Both the position numbers and the translations under genes were made by a program. Below, piece by piece: positions 51,261 to 63,343 of a stretch of 64,000 nucleotides of DNA. The notes below the pieces were generated by a model. That model had not been told where the DNA came from, ran no database searches, and saw nothing but the letters and a program-made list of their open reading frames with translations. The stretch's first letter is position 1. Each line of letters opens with the position of its first letter. Origin of the DNA: Octopus sinensis (lineage: Eukaryota); NCBI RefSeq assembly GCF_006345805.1, contig NC_043001.1, forward strand, positions 111,290,001 through 111,354,000. Reading direction: 5' to 3'.

Positions 51261-53633
51261 GGAGACAGATAGAGGGTGTGTATGATAAATGGATAGATAA
51301 TTAAAAAGATACACCTCCTTTGTTGAGTTAAAAGCCTTTCATTCTCTCCTTACCCTTTTTGAGATTTCAGCATACGTGTCTTAGCGTACATTAATTGCAT
51401 GCCTGAGTAGAGGTACTCCTTTATCTCCACGATTTCATTCGCTAAGCGCCCCTATCCGGCCACAAATATGTTGTTTTCATACTAGTGAATGCGATCTGAA
51501 AAGCCACTTGCAAGGGGCCTCCTTGATGATGGGAAGATGAGTTACTGTAGGAATTTGGATTAAGATGGGAAAGAAAGGCACAATGAAGACAGATCTGGAT
51601 GCGCATCATGGCAAGTGGTGTGTAACATGCTCAGATAATCTCTTTGATGTGTGTCTGTATGTGTGTGTGCGTGTGTGTGTGTGTGTACAACTGTGGTGTG
51701 CCTCTGTATATGTATGTAACTCAAATGCTTTATGGCTTCGTACATTAGAGACTGCAGGAAGGAGAATAGATGTGCTATTCAAACATAGCTCCATAGATCG
51801 TAAAACGAATGTTCTTTACTATTTTTGTCAAACATCATCAACTGGCGATATATACTTCTCTCAATTTCCTTTAATCTTCTATTGTTGCGCATGAAATTAC
51901 ATCATTAGTTTACTTGGGAAAAGATATTCAAGTGGTACTCGTCTCAGGCCTTTTTATGATGTTAAATATATCTCAATTTGTGTGAAAATATGTTCTTAAA
52001 AACTAGCTCTTCTATATTGGATTCAGAGCTATGCCGCGGTATTGTACACATCAATGATTTCATCAAAGAATTGTAAATGATGCCTAGATATCCTACACAA
52101 CAATGATTGTATCAAGTGAAGATCTGAACTTTCATTTCTACTTTAAAACTCCAGGAAGTGTGTGGATGACGCAAAATACCTTGAAATTCAGGAGTGGATG
52201 ACTTTTGTATTTGCAGTCGTAATTAATTGCGCAGATATTTTCGGTTGGGTTGTTTTCAAAAAGTTTACAAATACTATTTTTTGTATGAAAAACCAAATGC
52301 AAAGTATGAAATGAAATACTATTTTGATAGCTGTCTCGGCAGGGAACTAATCCTTCACCAGGCTTCTTTCCAATATTTAAATCATATGATCCTGAAAACA
52401 TAAAACTAGACACTGTCTAGTTAGTACTTAGATTTAAGTATCTGGGGTATTGAAAACCATCCAACAAACTGCAACAGAAAAATTAGCTTCCGTTGCCAAA
52501 GGCAACTGCAATGCATTTGGTAAATTTATGAGCTAGCTTAATATGTGTAAATATTTATTTATCTCCCATAGAGCGCAATTACAGCACAATTAATGAATGG
52601 AAAGAATAGTTTAACGTTTATATGATCTGCTCTTGCAGATATGTTGATATAGTGTTATGGATTTATTAAACTGCAAGTGTAAGTCAGAGAGTAGTACAAA
52701 TAAAAATGGCACTTCTTTCTGACTTATCCTCTTATACATAAAAACTGATGAAAGACCGTTGCGGAATAAATGATATACTATAACTGGAAAACGAACTTCA
52801 ATGTGTCGCTCAGTCCCATGTAAGCTTATCAACTATTGCTTGGCACTTTCTGTTAGAACTTTTCCTTAATTTCTATGACACTAGAAATATTTTTTCTAAA
52901 ATCTTGCGGAAACTTACAGGAATGTATTATTGGTGCAGAGCCCTAGTGCCAGCCATTTACAGACATAACGGAAGCAGCTATATTTATTTATGTTTTGTAG
53001 CTTTATACGTGACAGCATAATTTTATGTATCTTTTCAGTATTTAAGACGGCAGTACTTACGATCAGACAAATTCGGCTGCTTTGTACAAAACGTAGATCA
53101 ACAAAATAAAGGCTCTTCCATTGTCGCAATGGACTTATAATGTTCATTATGTGTTTCTTATTTCTTACTACAAAAGCAACTTACCGCAACACACGGGATA
53201 GAGAAGTAGAATGTGTATATTTTAAATAGTGTGGCTTAAAGTGCATCAGCATAAGAATAATATATGCCACTAATCTGATTTAATCTGATTTTGCTTTCAA
53301 AGTACACTTTATCTGTGACAACCTCTAAGCTCATGAAGTATTATACTTAACATATTAAAGAGACTTAGATTAAATTGCTGGTGCTTATATTATTTATAAC
53401 ATATATAGAAATATGGAACTGGACTCGATTAATTATTTCCTTTCACTAAGACATCGCAAAGAGATATGTGATTATAATAAACCTAGCATTATTAGAAATA
53501 GCTGAGTGGAAATATAGCGCCTTATAACGTAGCAAATTAATGTGGATTACGGGTATAAATATGGAAACTCGAAGAAATTGTAATCCATTGATGAGTCGAA
53601 GAAAGTAGATTTCGTAATTGTGTTTAATATATT

Positions 53634-53939
53634 GGATCTCTTCACTTTGACCGGCAGATTTTTAAAATAATTTCTTTGTAACTAAACACTTTAAAACTTC
53701 GTATACTGGTAGAATGTGTTACATGAAACATATTCACCTCAATAGACGTCATTGATTGGTTGAAATAGCCGAAATACAAGAAATTAAACAACAAATAGCT
53801 TACAAACTACAGAATTTTCTCAAGAAAGCCAAGAGAAAAATATGTTTTATGTAACACATTCTACCAGTATACGAAGTTTAAAACTGTTTAGTTACAAAGA
53901 AATTATTTTAAAAATCTGCCGGTCAAAGTGAAAAGATCC
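53634..53939. mobile_element. MITE, 306 bp, about 100-bp near-perfect TIRs, exact 8-bp TSD AATATATT
   Basis: GGATC...GATCC termini; TSD at 53626-53633 and 53940-53947; deletion derivative of the 41270 family. Confidence 0.9.
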
Positions 53940-54805
53940 AATATATTTAATGTTATATGTTTTATATTTTGTTTTCTGACCAGAAGTTTAATTTGATGGG
54001 CTTCAATACAACATACTATGTCAAATCCGTTCGTTGTTTAACTAGGGAAAATACAGTGAAAGGCAAAATCAAAATTTTTCTGCTGCGGAATCGAATAACA
54101 ATGGTGCATTTTTACGTCTAAAGCGTTATTTCACCATTCCTTTATTTTCTACGTATGACACTATAGTGAACAGTATCTATATGTCCAGCATTATGAAATA
54201 AATTCCTAAAAATTAAACAAAAACGTTGTCTTTAATTGTTCAAAGGATTTTACTATTATATTTTAAATAAAATAAACTAAAAATACTTGTGTTTCAAAGC
54301 TGTCGTATCATGAAACGGGAAAAAAATAAAATAAAATAAATATTAAAGTATTGGCAGTGATCCGAAATTGAATGAAGAATTTCTAGATTATACAAAGAAA
54401 ACTTTTCATTCATTGCTCGAACATAGTAAATAAATTAGAAAAGAGCAAAAATAAATTTCGACTTATATTCAGCATTACTGAATCTACACCAAAAATCTAT
54501 TCACGAACATGTATTTTTAACATGCATTCTAAAGGAATCCACTGCTGCATACAATATAAACTAGAATAAAATTATATAATTTTGTATTGAAGAAAGTATC
54601 CGCTGCCTTTAGAATATTTTTATAAAGAGATTGCTTCTCTCTCTGTCAATCTATCTATTTCTCTTTCTCTCTCACTCTTTCAAGAGAGGTTTCTATACTG
54701 CTAAAGAAATTATGGGGGAAAGCCGCTTATTTTACTTCTTTGCATTATATTTTCTATAGCAGTTATCTATATTGAAATATGCTGTATTGAAAGGAATTGT
54801 GTTAC

Positions 54806-55015
54806 AAATCAGCAATGGATATTCGAAAATATGCGATTCCCGAGACATGACTGCGTACAGGTAAAGCAGTGTATTAAGTTTCAGCGGATACATATCTACA
54901 TCTATCGACAAATGAAGTCAATGAAATCAAATTTAAATATTGTAAAACGTTATCCTGCACCTGAGGAATCCATATTGAAAAAAGAAAACTTATATTTATG
55001 TATATGAAAAGCTGA
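54806..55015 (+). repeat. About 205-bp repeat unit, inverted partner at 62461-62715
   Basis: About 90 percent identical by eye to the reverse complement of about 62510-62715. Confidence 0.85.
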
Positions 55016-55502
55016 GCATTGTAGAATGTGCTTTCGTGGGCGAGGCGCATTTGTGGGCAATATGGAGGACGGTGTACGCTGTGAAAGAAATATTTTTCGA
55101 AGTTTTAACAATTATCTCCATGGGATTTCATATTTAAAAGTTGTATTTTATTACTATTTCATGATGAGTAATATGTCCATGCTTTCCCGTTCATCAATGA
55201 GTGTATCTTTATATGTTTGGACTAAAAGATATTTTAGATTAGTCTTACTCAAACATTTCTTCTATTCTTACGATTTTCGTCGCAAATAATATGTTACATT
55301 TCGCTGTAATTTATATATACTCGTATATAATACCCAGTATAGTTTTCATTGTTTGTCATCTGGTGCCGCCTTGACAAAATCCGGTAAGGAATTACGAGAC
55401 ACACTCCAAACCTAGGCCTACAAGCATGACGTCAATACTTGTGTATGTATGTGTGTGTGAGTGTGTGTGTGTGTTAGCGTGCATATAAACATATGTAAAG
55501 TA

Positions 55503-55664
55503 GGCGTAGGAGTGGCTGTGTGGTAAGTAGCTTGCTACGAACCACATAGTTCCTGGTTCAGTCGTACTACGTAGCACCTTAGGCAAGTGTCTTCCACTAT
55601 AGCCTCAGGCCGACCAAAGCATTGTGAGTAGATTTGGTAGACGGAAACTGAAAGAAGCCCGTCG

Positions 55665-55665
<1 letters not shown>
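55503..55665 (+). mobile_element. Family B SINE 5' half (host of the CR1-group LINE)
   Basis: Head through GAAGCCCGTCG, then (TA)n, then LINE sequence. Confidence 0.85.
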
Positions 55666-55695
<30 letters not shown>

Positions 55696-55697
<2 letters not shown>

Positions 55698-55895
55698 ATT
55701 AACTTTTTAGGCTGACATCTTAGTTACGATTGTTTGTTTATTAATCTTTTAGGCTGACATCTTAGCTACGATTGTTTGTTTATTAATTTTTTAGGCTGAC
55801 ATCTTAGTTACGATTGTTTGTTTATTAATTTTTTAAGCTAACATCTCAGTTACGATTGTTTGTTTATTAAGTTTTTAAGCTTACATCTCAGTTAC
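55696..55895 (+). repeat. 42-bp tandem repeat, about 4.7 copies
   Basis: AGGCTGAC/AAGCT-type anchor at 55709, 55751, 55793, 55835 and 55877. Confidence 0.95.
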
Positions 55896-56421
55896 ATATC
55901 TTACTCTTTTTCTCATCTCCTCTCCTCCCTTTCATATCATCCTCTTCTCTCATCTCTCTTTCCTTTCCATCTTACATCTACCTCTCCTCTCGTCACCTCA
56001 CCCTCTCTCTCATATACTTCTCATCCGCCCATTCTTCTCTCCCTCTCTCTCACATCCTTCATCCTGTCTCTCCTTCACTCTGTCTCTCTTTCTCTTGCTA
56101 TCCTCTCCACATCTCTGTTTCTCTTTCTCTTCCCTCCTCTCCTTCACTCTGCCTCTCTTTCTCTTCCCCTTCTCCTTCACTCTGTCTCTCCTTCTATTCC
56201 CTTCCTCTCCACCTCCCCTACCTTCCTCTATCCTTTTAACACACCACACCCACTTGCTTTCCTCCTATCACCCTCTCGATTTATTTCATAGCACCTCTCT
56301 CTTTCCTTCCTATCTCCCTCTCTCTTTCCCTATTTTCCCCTCTGTGTTTCTCCGTCTCTACCTCTCTCTATCCCTCATTACCTCTCTAGCCTCTACACCC
56401 CCTCTGGACCTCAAAACGAAG

Positions 56422-57360
56422 ATGACACCAAAGTGGGAAAAGAAAGAGTTAAATCTTCTGCTGAGAGCATGGACGATTGCTAGTGGCGATCCGCCGAACA
56501 ACATCATCACTGCCGCGCTAAAAAACAATGGTTTTCATAGAACCATTGACCAGATAGAGCAGAGGAAAAATGAGTTTATCCGGTCTTACATGCTTATAAG
56601 ACCACACATCAAAACACTGGACAACATAATTGAAAATTATTGTGGCAAAGCTGATGAGTATGAAGAGGACAAAAAAGAGAAGGAAGCCGGAAGTCTCTGT
56701 GATCGGGTGTTCCTCAGGAAAATGGATACCTACCCCGGTGAACGACCAAGTAGTGAAGGATAGGGGAGCCAAGGGAGCAGAAACCGGAAGCTCCCCTGTA
56801 CCAGTAGTCCTACGAAAAAATGAAAAATTAGAAAAAATTAGAAAAACAGAAGAAAAAAGGAAGGACCGAAAACAAAAATAAGGAGAGAAAAGGAGGAAAA
56901 GGCAAAACAACCAAAGCTGAAACCCCAACCCACCACACAAACAGCAGAGAACCCCATGGAGGATCCAATGCCACCCAGTACACTTCAGGAAAGAAGAAAT
57001 CTGGAAGGCACCGAAGAACCTGTAAGTTCTGCGGGACAAATGTTGGCATGGTGAGGACGGCAAAAACTGCCGGTTCGCCCACCCTACACCCCGAAAAAAA
57101 TTTAAGGGGGCTCAAAGAGAAAAACTTTACCGAGAGAACACAAGAAATCTCTCCCAGGGAAACTTTCAAAAACGAATTGCGCTCCTCAGATGTTCTGCGC
57201 AACGCAGCAGCTGAGCAAGAGTCTTTTTTTATGCATGGCGGAAAGAATTGTCCGGCAGCTAACCAGGCTACACCAAGCACACAGAAGGAAGCCTGCCCAC
57301 CACTATGCAAGACCATCACAGTCAACAGACACGGGATGGCCTCCCCTAATGCCTGCAGAG
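56422..57360 (+). pseudogene. LINE ORF1 remnant: Myb/SANT-like N-terminus, K/E-rich linker, CCCH-type fingers
   Basis: KWEKKELNLLLRAW...ITAALKNNGFHRTIDQIEQRKNEFIRSY; frameshift-joined CKF..RDKCWHGEDGKNCRFAHP. Confidence 0.65.
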
Positions 57361-57369
57361 CCGTCACCC

Positions 57370-58030
57370 CAATACTTTTACTAAATATTGGGGGGCTGTT
57401 GTATCAAAATAGAAACAAAATTTCTTTCCTGAGAGATCTTACTGCATGCAATCAAGCCTAATGCATAGCACTTGTGGAAACTCACCTCAACGCTGATATA
57501 GAGGACGCAGAAGTACACATACCAAACTATGAACAGACAGAAGGGAAAGGAGCCATGGTGGAGTTGCTGTATACATCCGAGATGGCCTCACACCCCAAGT
57601 CTTGATGACATACTCAAAAACGGTATGTGACACCTTAATTGTATACATAAGACAACATAATATAGTCATATGCAATACATATTGCCCACCGGATGCCCCA
57701 AATCACATAGGCAAGTTTGAATATTGCCTCACAAGAATTAAAGAAATCCTCATGAATCTGGAACACCACGTGACCGTATTTCTTATGAGTGATTTCAATT
57801 TCCCCAACGTTAAATGTCCCGAAGATCACATACTCTCAGGAATGAATCATTGCAAGCAAGTACAGGTGGAGTCCCTGCTCAACCTCACCAATGCCTTATT
57901 CATGGAGCAAGTTGTACTCAAGCCAACTAGGGCGAATAACATTCTGGATCTCTGCTTCACGAACAATATGGACATCATTCATGATGTGAAAGTGACACCG
58001 ACATCAGTTTCGGACACAACATAATAGAGC
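57370..58030 (+). pseudogene. APE-type endonuclease domain of ORF2 (disrupted)
   Basis: LLNIGGL, LVETHL, GGVAVYI, YCPP, SDFNFP, PTRANNILDLCFTN and SDHN motifs across frames. Confidence 0.9.
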
Positions 58031-60319
58031 TGTCTATGTTTGGGCCGAAAGTAACCAGAGACATACAGCCTAAAGGAAGCACCTGAAATCTCTCCAATCT
58101 GAACTTCCACAAAGCAGATAGGAAATCGATCCAAAAAGAGATCCTCAGAGAGGACTGGCCGGAATGTCTCTCCACACCAGACATTGACATGAAACTAGAA
58201 TGTTTCATGTCTTCTGTGCAAGCCGTATGCCAGAAATATGTCCCAGAGCGCAAGGCCAAAACAAATAGGAGCAAGATTCCAAGAGACAGGAAGATCCTTA
58301 TAGGACGACGGACGAAGGTTGCAAATCGTCTCAACCAACATCCCAAAAGTAGCGAAACGTCCCGCCTAAAAACAACACTGATGGAGATCGAAAAAATTCT
58401 GCAACAATCCTATGTGAAGGAGAAAGCAGACAAAGAAGCTTGGGTTATAAAAAAACATTAAATCAAACCCAAAGGCCTTCTTTCATTACGCGAAAGAAAC
58501 AGTCTCAGTGCACTACAAGATAGGACCCCTCCTCCAAAAGGATGGCTCCCTCACAGACAGTCCAACTATCATCAGTGAGATGCTGAATGACCAGTTCAAA
58601 AGTGTCTTTACCACCCCGTTGGAACACAGACAAGTGAACGAACCAGTGGACTTCTTTGCCGTCTCACCTATAACCAGCGAGGCGGTTGCAATAGAATGTA
58701 TTGACATTAGCGAAAAAGATGTCCTACTAGCCATAGATGAAGTGAACACAAACTCAGCTGCTGGTCCAGACGGGTTCCCAGCCATCCTTCTCAAAGCGTG
58801 TAAGCATGCCCTGGCAAAACCCCTCAAGTTTCTCTTCCAGAGCTTTCTTGCGAATGGCAAACTGCCAAGCAAGCTGAAGGAGGGAATAATATGCCCAATA
58901 CATAAAGGGAGAAGTAGAGCAGATGCCAAAAACTATAGGCCTATCTCTCTGACTTCACACATCAGCAAAGTCATGGAACGGATAGTCAGAAAGAAACTAA
59001 TCGCATTCCTTGAGGAAAATAACTTGCTGAGTAATACCCAGCATGGTTTTCGACCAGGTTGGAGCTGCCTGACCCAGCTCTTACAGCATTATGACTGGGT
59101 GTTGAGGCAGTTACTCAACAAATCAAATGTGGACGTAATCTACCTTGATTTTGCAAAAGTTTTTGACAAGGTGGATCATGGTATGATATGCCACAAACTA
59201 CGTGACCTCGGCATAGCTGGAAAACTTGGAGTGTGGTTGCATGACTTCCTGAAAGATAGGAGTCAGGCAGTAGTGGTTAATGGAGCCACCTGTGTGAACA
59301 CACAAATAGTGAGCGTTGTTCCACAGGTCACTGTCTTGGGACCACTGCTTTTTATAGTGGCCCTCTCAGATATGCCCTCAAATGCCCGGATAGTCACTCT
59401 GGCCAGCTATGCAGACGATACGAAAGTCTCGCAGAAAATACAGAACCCCAGCGATGTTGCACACCTGCAGCAGGAGTTGGACTCAATCTACAGATGGGCT
59501 GAGGATAATAATATGCAGTTTAATGCTGAAAATTTCCAGGCCCTGCGCTACCAGCATCCAAAACTGAATATTAAACTTACAGGATACACCGGTCCACAGG
59601 GAATTTCAATCTCAGAGCCTAAGTCTGTGAGGGACCTGGGTATCGACATGAGTGATGATACTTCTTTCCGAGTGCACATTACCAGGATGGCGACAAAGTG
59701 CAGATGACTGGCTGGGTGGATCCTAAGAACACTCAGAACCAGAGTTAAGGAAACCATGATGGTCCTCTGGCGGACATTCGTCCTCAGTCGCCTGGATTAC
59801 TGCTCACAGCTATGGTCACCCACCAGTGTAAAATTAACAGCGGACCTTGAAGCAATCCAGAGAAGATTCACAAAGATCGTCTCTTTGCAACAGCTCAGCT
59901 ACTGGGAAAGGTTGAAACAGCTAAGACTCTACTCCCTGGAGAGAAGACGGGAGAGGTATGCAGTGATATATGTCTGGAAGATCCTGGAAGGAATTGTGCC
60001 AAATTTTGGCATTGTAAGCTACACCAATGCTAGAACGGGACGACACTGCATAGTGCCAAAGATCCCAGCAATGCCATCACGCTTCAGGACCAGCTTCTGC
60101 AACAGCCTGGGTTTCAAGGGCCCACAGCGTTTTAATATTCTCCCAAAGAGTCTGAGGAACTTGCACAAAGTAGATGTAACGGTTTTTAAATCAAAGCTAG
60201 ACACCTTCCTGTCAAGAATCTCAGATGAACCTACCTCACGGCAAGAGGTGCAAATGAGAGTAGCTGTATCAAACTCCATTCTTCACCAAGTGCCACATAT
60301 TAGACGAGGTTCGTCGTAA
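58030..60319 (+). pseudogene. Reverse transcriptase and C-terminus of ORF2 (disrupted)
   Basis: NYRPISLTS, QHGFR, YLDFAKVFDKVDH, VPQVTVLGP, YADDTK, YCSQLWSP and LYSLERRRER motifs; in-frame TGA at 59705-59707 and a frameshift near 58460-58500. Confidence 0.95.
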
Positions 60320-60439
60320 TAAAAGTGTAGCACAAAACGGCGGTGCATCAGCATGGCCGCAGCTCTGAGCTGAAACTAGAAAAAATATATATATATTTAT
60401 ATATATATATGTGTGTGTGTGGTGTGTGTGTGTGTGTGT

Positions 60440-60655
60440 GTGTGTGTCTGTCTGTCTGTCTGTGTTTGTCCCCCCCAACATCGCTTGGCAATCGATGCTG
60501 GGGTGTTTACGTCTACGTAACTTAGAGGTTCGGTAAAAGAGACCGATAGAATAAGTACTAGGCTTACAAAGAATAAGTCCTGCGGTCGATTTGCTCGACT
60601 AAAGGCGACGCTCCAGCATGGTCACAGTCAAATGACTGAAATGAATAAAAGGGTA
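60440..60655 (+). mobile_element. Family B SINE 3' half (continuation of 55503-55665)
   Basis: Follows the (TA)(TG) tract: GTGTTTGTCCCC...CAGTCAAATGACTGAAA. Confidence 0.85.
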
Positions 60656-61544
60656 AGAGAGATAAGAGAGTATCTACAAGGACACATGCATATATGTGTA
60701 CGGTTGTACTTAAGCATGTTCATAGATTTATATATGCCCTTTGGAATATGTGGACAATGTGTGCGTATGTGCATGCGTGTGTTTGTATGTGTGTGTGTGT
60801 ATGTGTGTGTATTTCTGTGGAGTAGGCCTATATGTATGCATTGCTTATTGGGCATCATACATGTTATCTGACGTCACGCTAATTATCCTAACTTGATTTT
60901 TTTTTTCTGAACGACGGCAACATGACTATATTTTTCTTCAATGCTTCTTTCACCTTCCATACATCTCCATAGTAATGGAAACATTCGTATACATTTTCTT
61001 CATTGATTTCTCTATCTCTAGCAAAACATAAAAATATTCATTAATACCATAGGTTCAGTTAATTAAGCTTTCGATTGCCATTCTGTATCTATGTTAATGA
61101 TAAAATCTGTAACACTAACATATACTCTACATTTTCCTCTGTTGTTCAAGGCCTTCATAGATCCAAGGAAATATATTTGATTTAAATAACCATTAGCGTT
61201 TTTATCATTTACGTATCATGCTTCATTAATTTCAACATGTCCAATGTGCATACGAGTGCTCCCCAAATTGGGACTAAATTCAGATGCTTCGCAGGTGTGC
61301 ATTTGCTGATATTTTCCCTTTGATCGTCAATGATTGCATTTTAAGTAGTCGTCATCGACCTAAATATTCATCTACTTTATTTTCGTGTTTTATTTCATCA
61401 TGCTTTGCTAAACGTCAATGGAATCTAATATTATTTATGCTACAAATCCGATGCTATAATATGCATATACAATTGTTCATTTAAATTGAAAACCAGACAG
61501 CTATTTTCACGAATATACTTCATGTAATATTTATATATCATATA

Positions 61545-61772
61545 GGGCGGCGAGCTGGCAGAATCGTTAGCACGCCGGGCGAAATGCTTAGCGGTATTTC
61601 GTCTGCTTTTACGTTCTGAGTCCAAATTTCGCCGAGGTTGACTTTGCCTTTCATCCTCTCGTGGTTGATTAATAAGTGCCATTCACGCACTGGGGTCGAT
61701 GTAATCGACTTAATCCCTTTGTCTATCCTTGTTGGTCTCCTCTATGCTTAGCCCCCAGTGGGTGAAAAAAAA
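61545..61772 (+). mobile_element. Family A SINE
   Basis: GGGCGGCGAGCTGGCAGAATCGTTAGCACGCCGGGCG head. Confidence 0.9.
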
Positions 61773-62304
61773 ATTTATATAGTACGTATTTCCGCTTAGT
61801 AACTCTCAAACTTATTTTGAATGTAAATAAATGCTAATAACCCTTGTGAGATCTTTCATAATACTCCATGTATTTCACCGTATATGCAGGCCAACAAAAT
61901 AGACAATATCGCAGCTCATTTAAATTAACCTAACAGCCAAATCAATTTTAATGATGTGAAGAGGGACTTAACATTGGATCATATGTTACTGCATTGGATC
62001 ATATGTTACTGCACACAGAGACAGAATGGTCACGATAGAAAAGTCTTCCAGTTGAAATCTTGTACGTCAGAGATGGTATAAAACTAGGACTATGTTACAA
62101 GAAAAGTGCAGGCAGAAACACCAAAAACTATTTGGGTTTATAACCACAAAATAAATACAAGGAATTAAGAACACCTATCGTTTAATATTGCAAGATATGA
62201 ATATAATCTACATATAGATATATGCATTCACATATAGATAGTTACCTAGAAAGATGGCTGGGCAGTGGGCAGATGGATGTACATACGTAAACATATATAT
62301 ATAC

Positions 62305-62347
<43 letters not shown>

Positions 62348-62460
62348 AGAAAATAGGAAAAAACACAAGATCGCTTTACAGGATTTAAGAGTATATTAGA
62401 GCCATGATAATAAAGATATAACATTTTGTACAAAATAAAGTAAAGACATAAGTGGAGCAA

Positions 62461-62715
62461 TGTCATGTCCCGGGAATCACATAATATCGGATATCCATTG
62501 CTGATTTATGCCCATCTTTTTATATTCGTAAATATAAGTTTTCTTTTTTGAATATGATTCCTCAGGAGTAGGATGAAGTTTTACGATATTTAAATTTGAT
62601 TTCATTGATTTCATTTGTCGATAGATGTAGATATGTTTCCGTTGAAACTTAATACACTGCTTTACCTGTACGCAGTCACGTCTCGGGAATCGCATATTTT
62701 CGAATATCCTTTGCT
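62461..62715 (-). repeat. About 1.2 tandem units of the 205-bp repeat, inverted relative to 54806-55015
   Basis: Unit start CAGCAA(T/A)GGATAT occurs twice on the minus strand (about 62715 and 62505). Confidence 0.8.
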
Positions 62716-62941
62716 GGTTTTGTTCTTTCAACATAATTGGAGCAATACGAAACCGGTTCTTAAATCTTGCAAAACAAAACTTATGTGTTTTTACATCTTT
62801 TCTCTTTCTCTATTTCTATCCAACGCGTGTGGTCTCCCCACTGAAACATTTTCTACCTTATATATATATATATGTTGAATCGCTAGCTTCTGCACGCATT
62901 TTTTTCTCTCCTTGTTTCTCTCCGTGTTTCTTTTCTTTGTA

Positions 62942-62979
62942 TCTTTCTGTTGAAGAGCGTAGGCTCGAAACGTAAAAGA
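62942..62979 (+). ncRNA. Minimal type I hammerhead-like motif with variant core (CUGUUGA)
   Basis: TCTTT-CTGTTGA-A-GAGC(GTAG)GCTC-GAAA-CGT-A-AAAGA: 5-bp stem I, 4-bp stem II, palindromic ACGU stem III; A6 is replaced by U. Confidence 0.55.
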
Positions 62980-63075
62980 CTTGTTTTATTTATATTCCTG
63001 AGCGCCATACTAATACAATTGTTTGTTTGTACTCCACCTGCCTTCGTCTTTTGTTTATTTTCATAAAGCTTCCCG

Positions 63076-63162
<87 letters not shown>

Positions 63163-63298
63163 TAGATTCAGATGAATAAGGTACTTAAGTTGAGACACTA
63201 GAATTTAGTACGGTACTATTCATACAATTTCAAAGTAAGGTGGTTAAAATCAACATAAGCAACAAGGATATCTGTACCGCATTACCTCTGGATATCCT

Positions 63299-63343
<45 letters not shown>

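Larger units (their letters stand above)
55696..60385 (+). mobile_element. Near-full-length, disabled CR1-group (CR1/L2) LINE
   Basis: Order is 5' repeats and CT-rich UTR, ORF1, APE endonuclease, RT, then a 3' stem-loop tail. Multiple stops and frameshifts. The 5' boundary is uncertain. Confidence 0.9.

Noticed and set aside
55696-55895. Regular short repeats as a CRISPR array
   Set aside because: Head-to-tail monomers with no unique spacers, no cas genes, eukaryotic context.
56518-58929. Antisense ORFs (181, 179, 123 and 138 aa) opposite the LINE, and similar ones opposite ORF1 at 23.2-23.9 kb
   Set aside because: Expected shadows of real coding strands; no independent motifs.
60900-61420. 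Possible decayed L1/Tx1 ORF2 fragment (QSLTIKGKI) on the minus strand
   Set aside because: Only one motif; heavy disruption.
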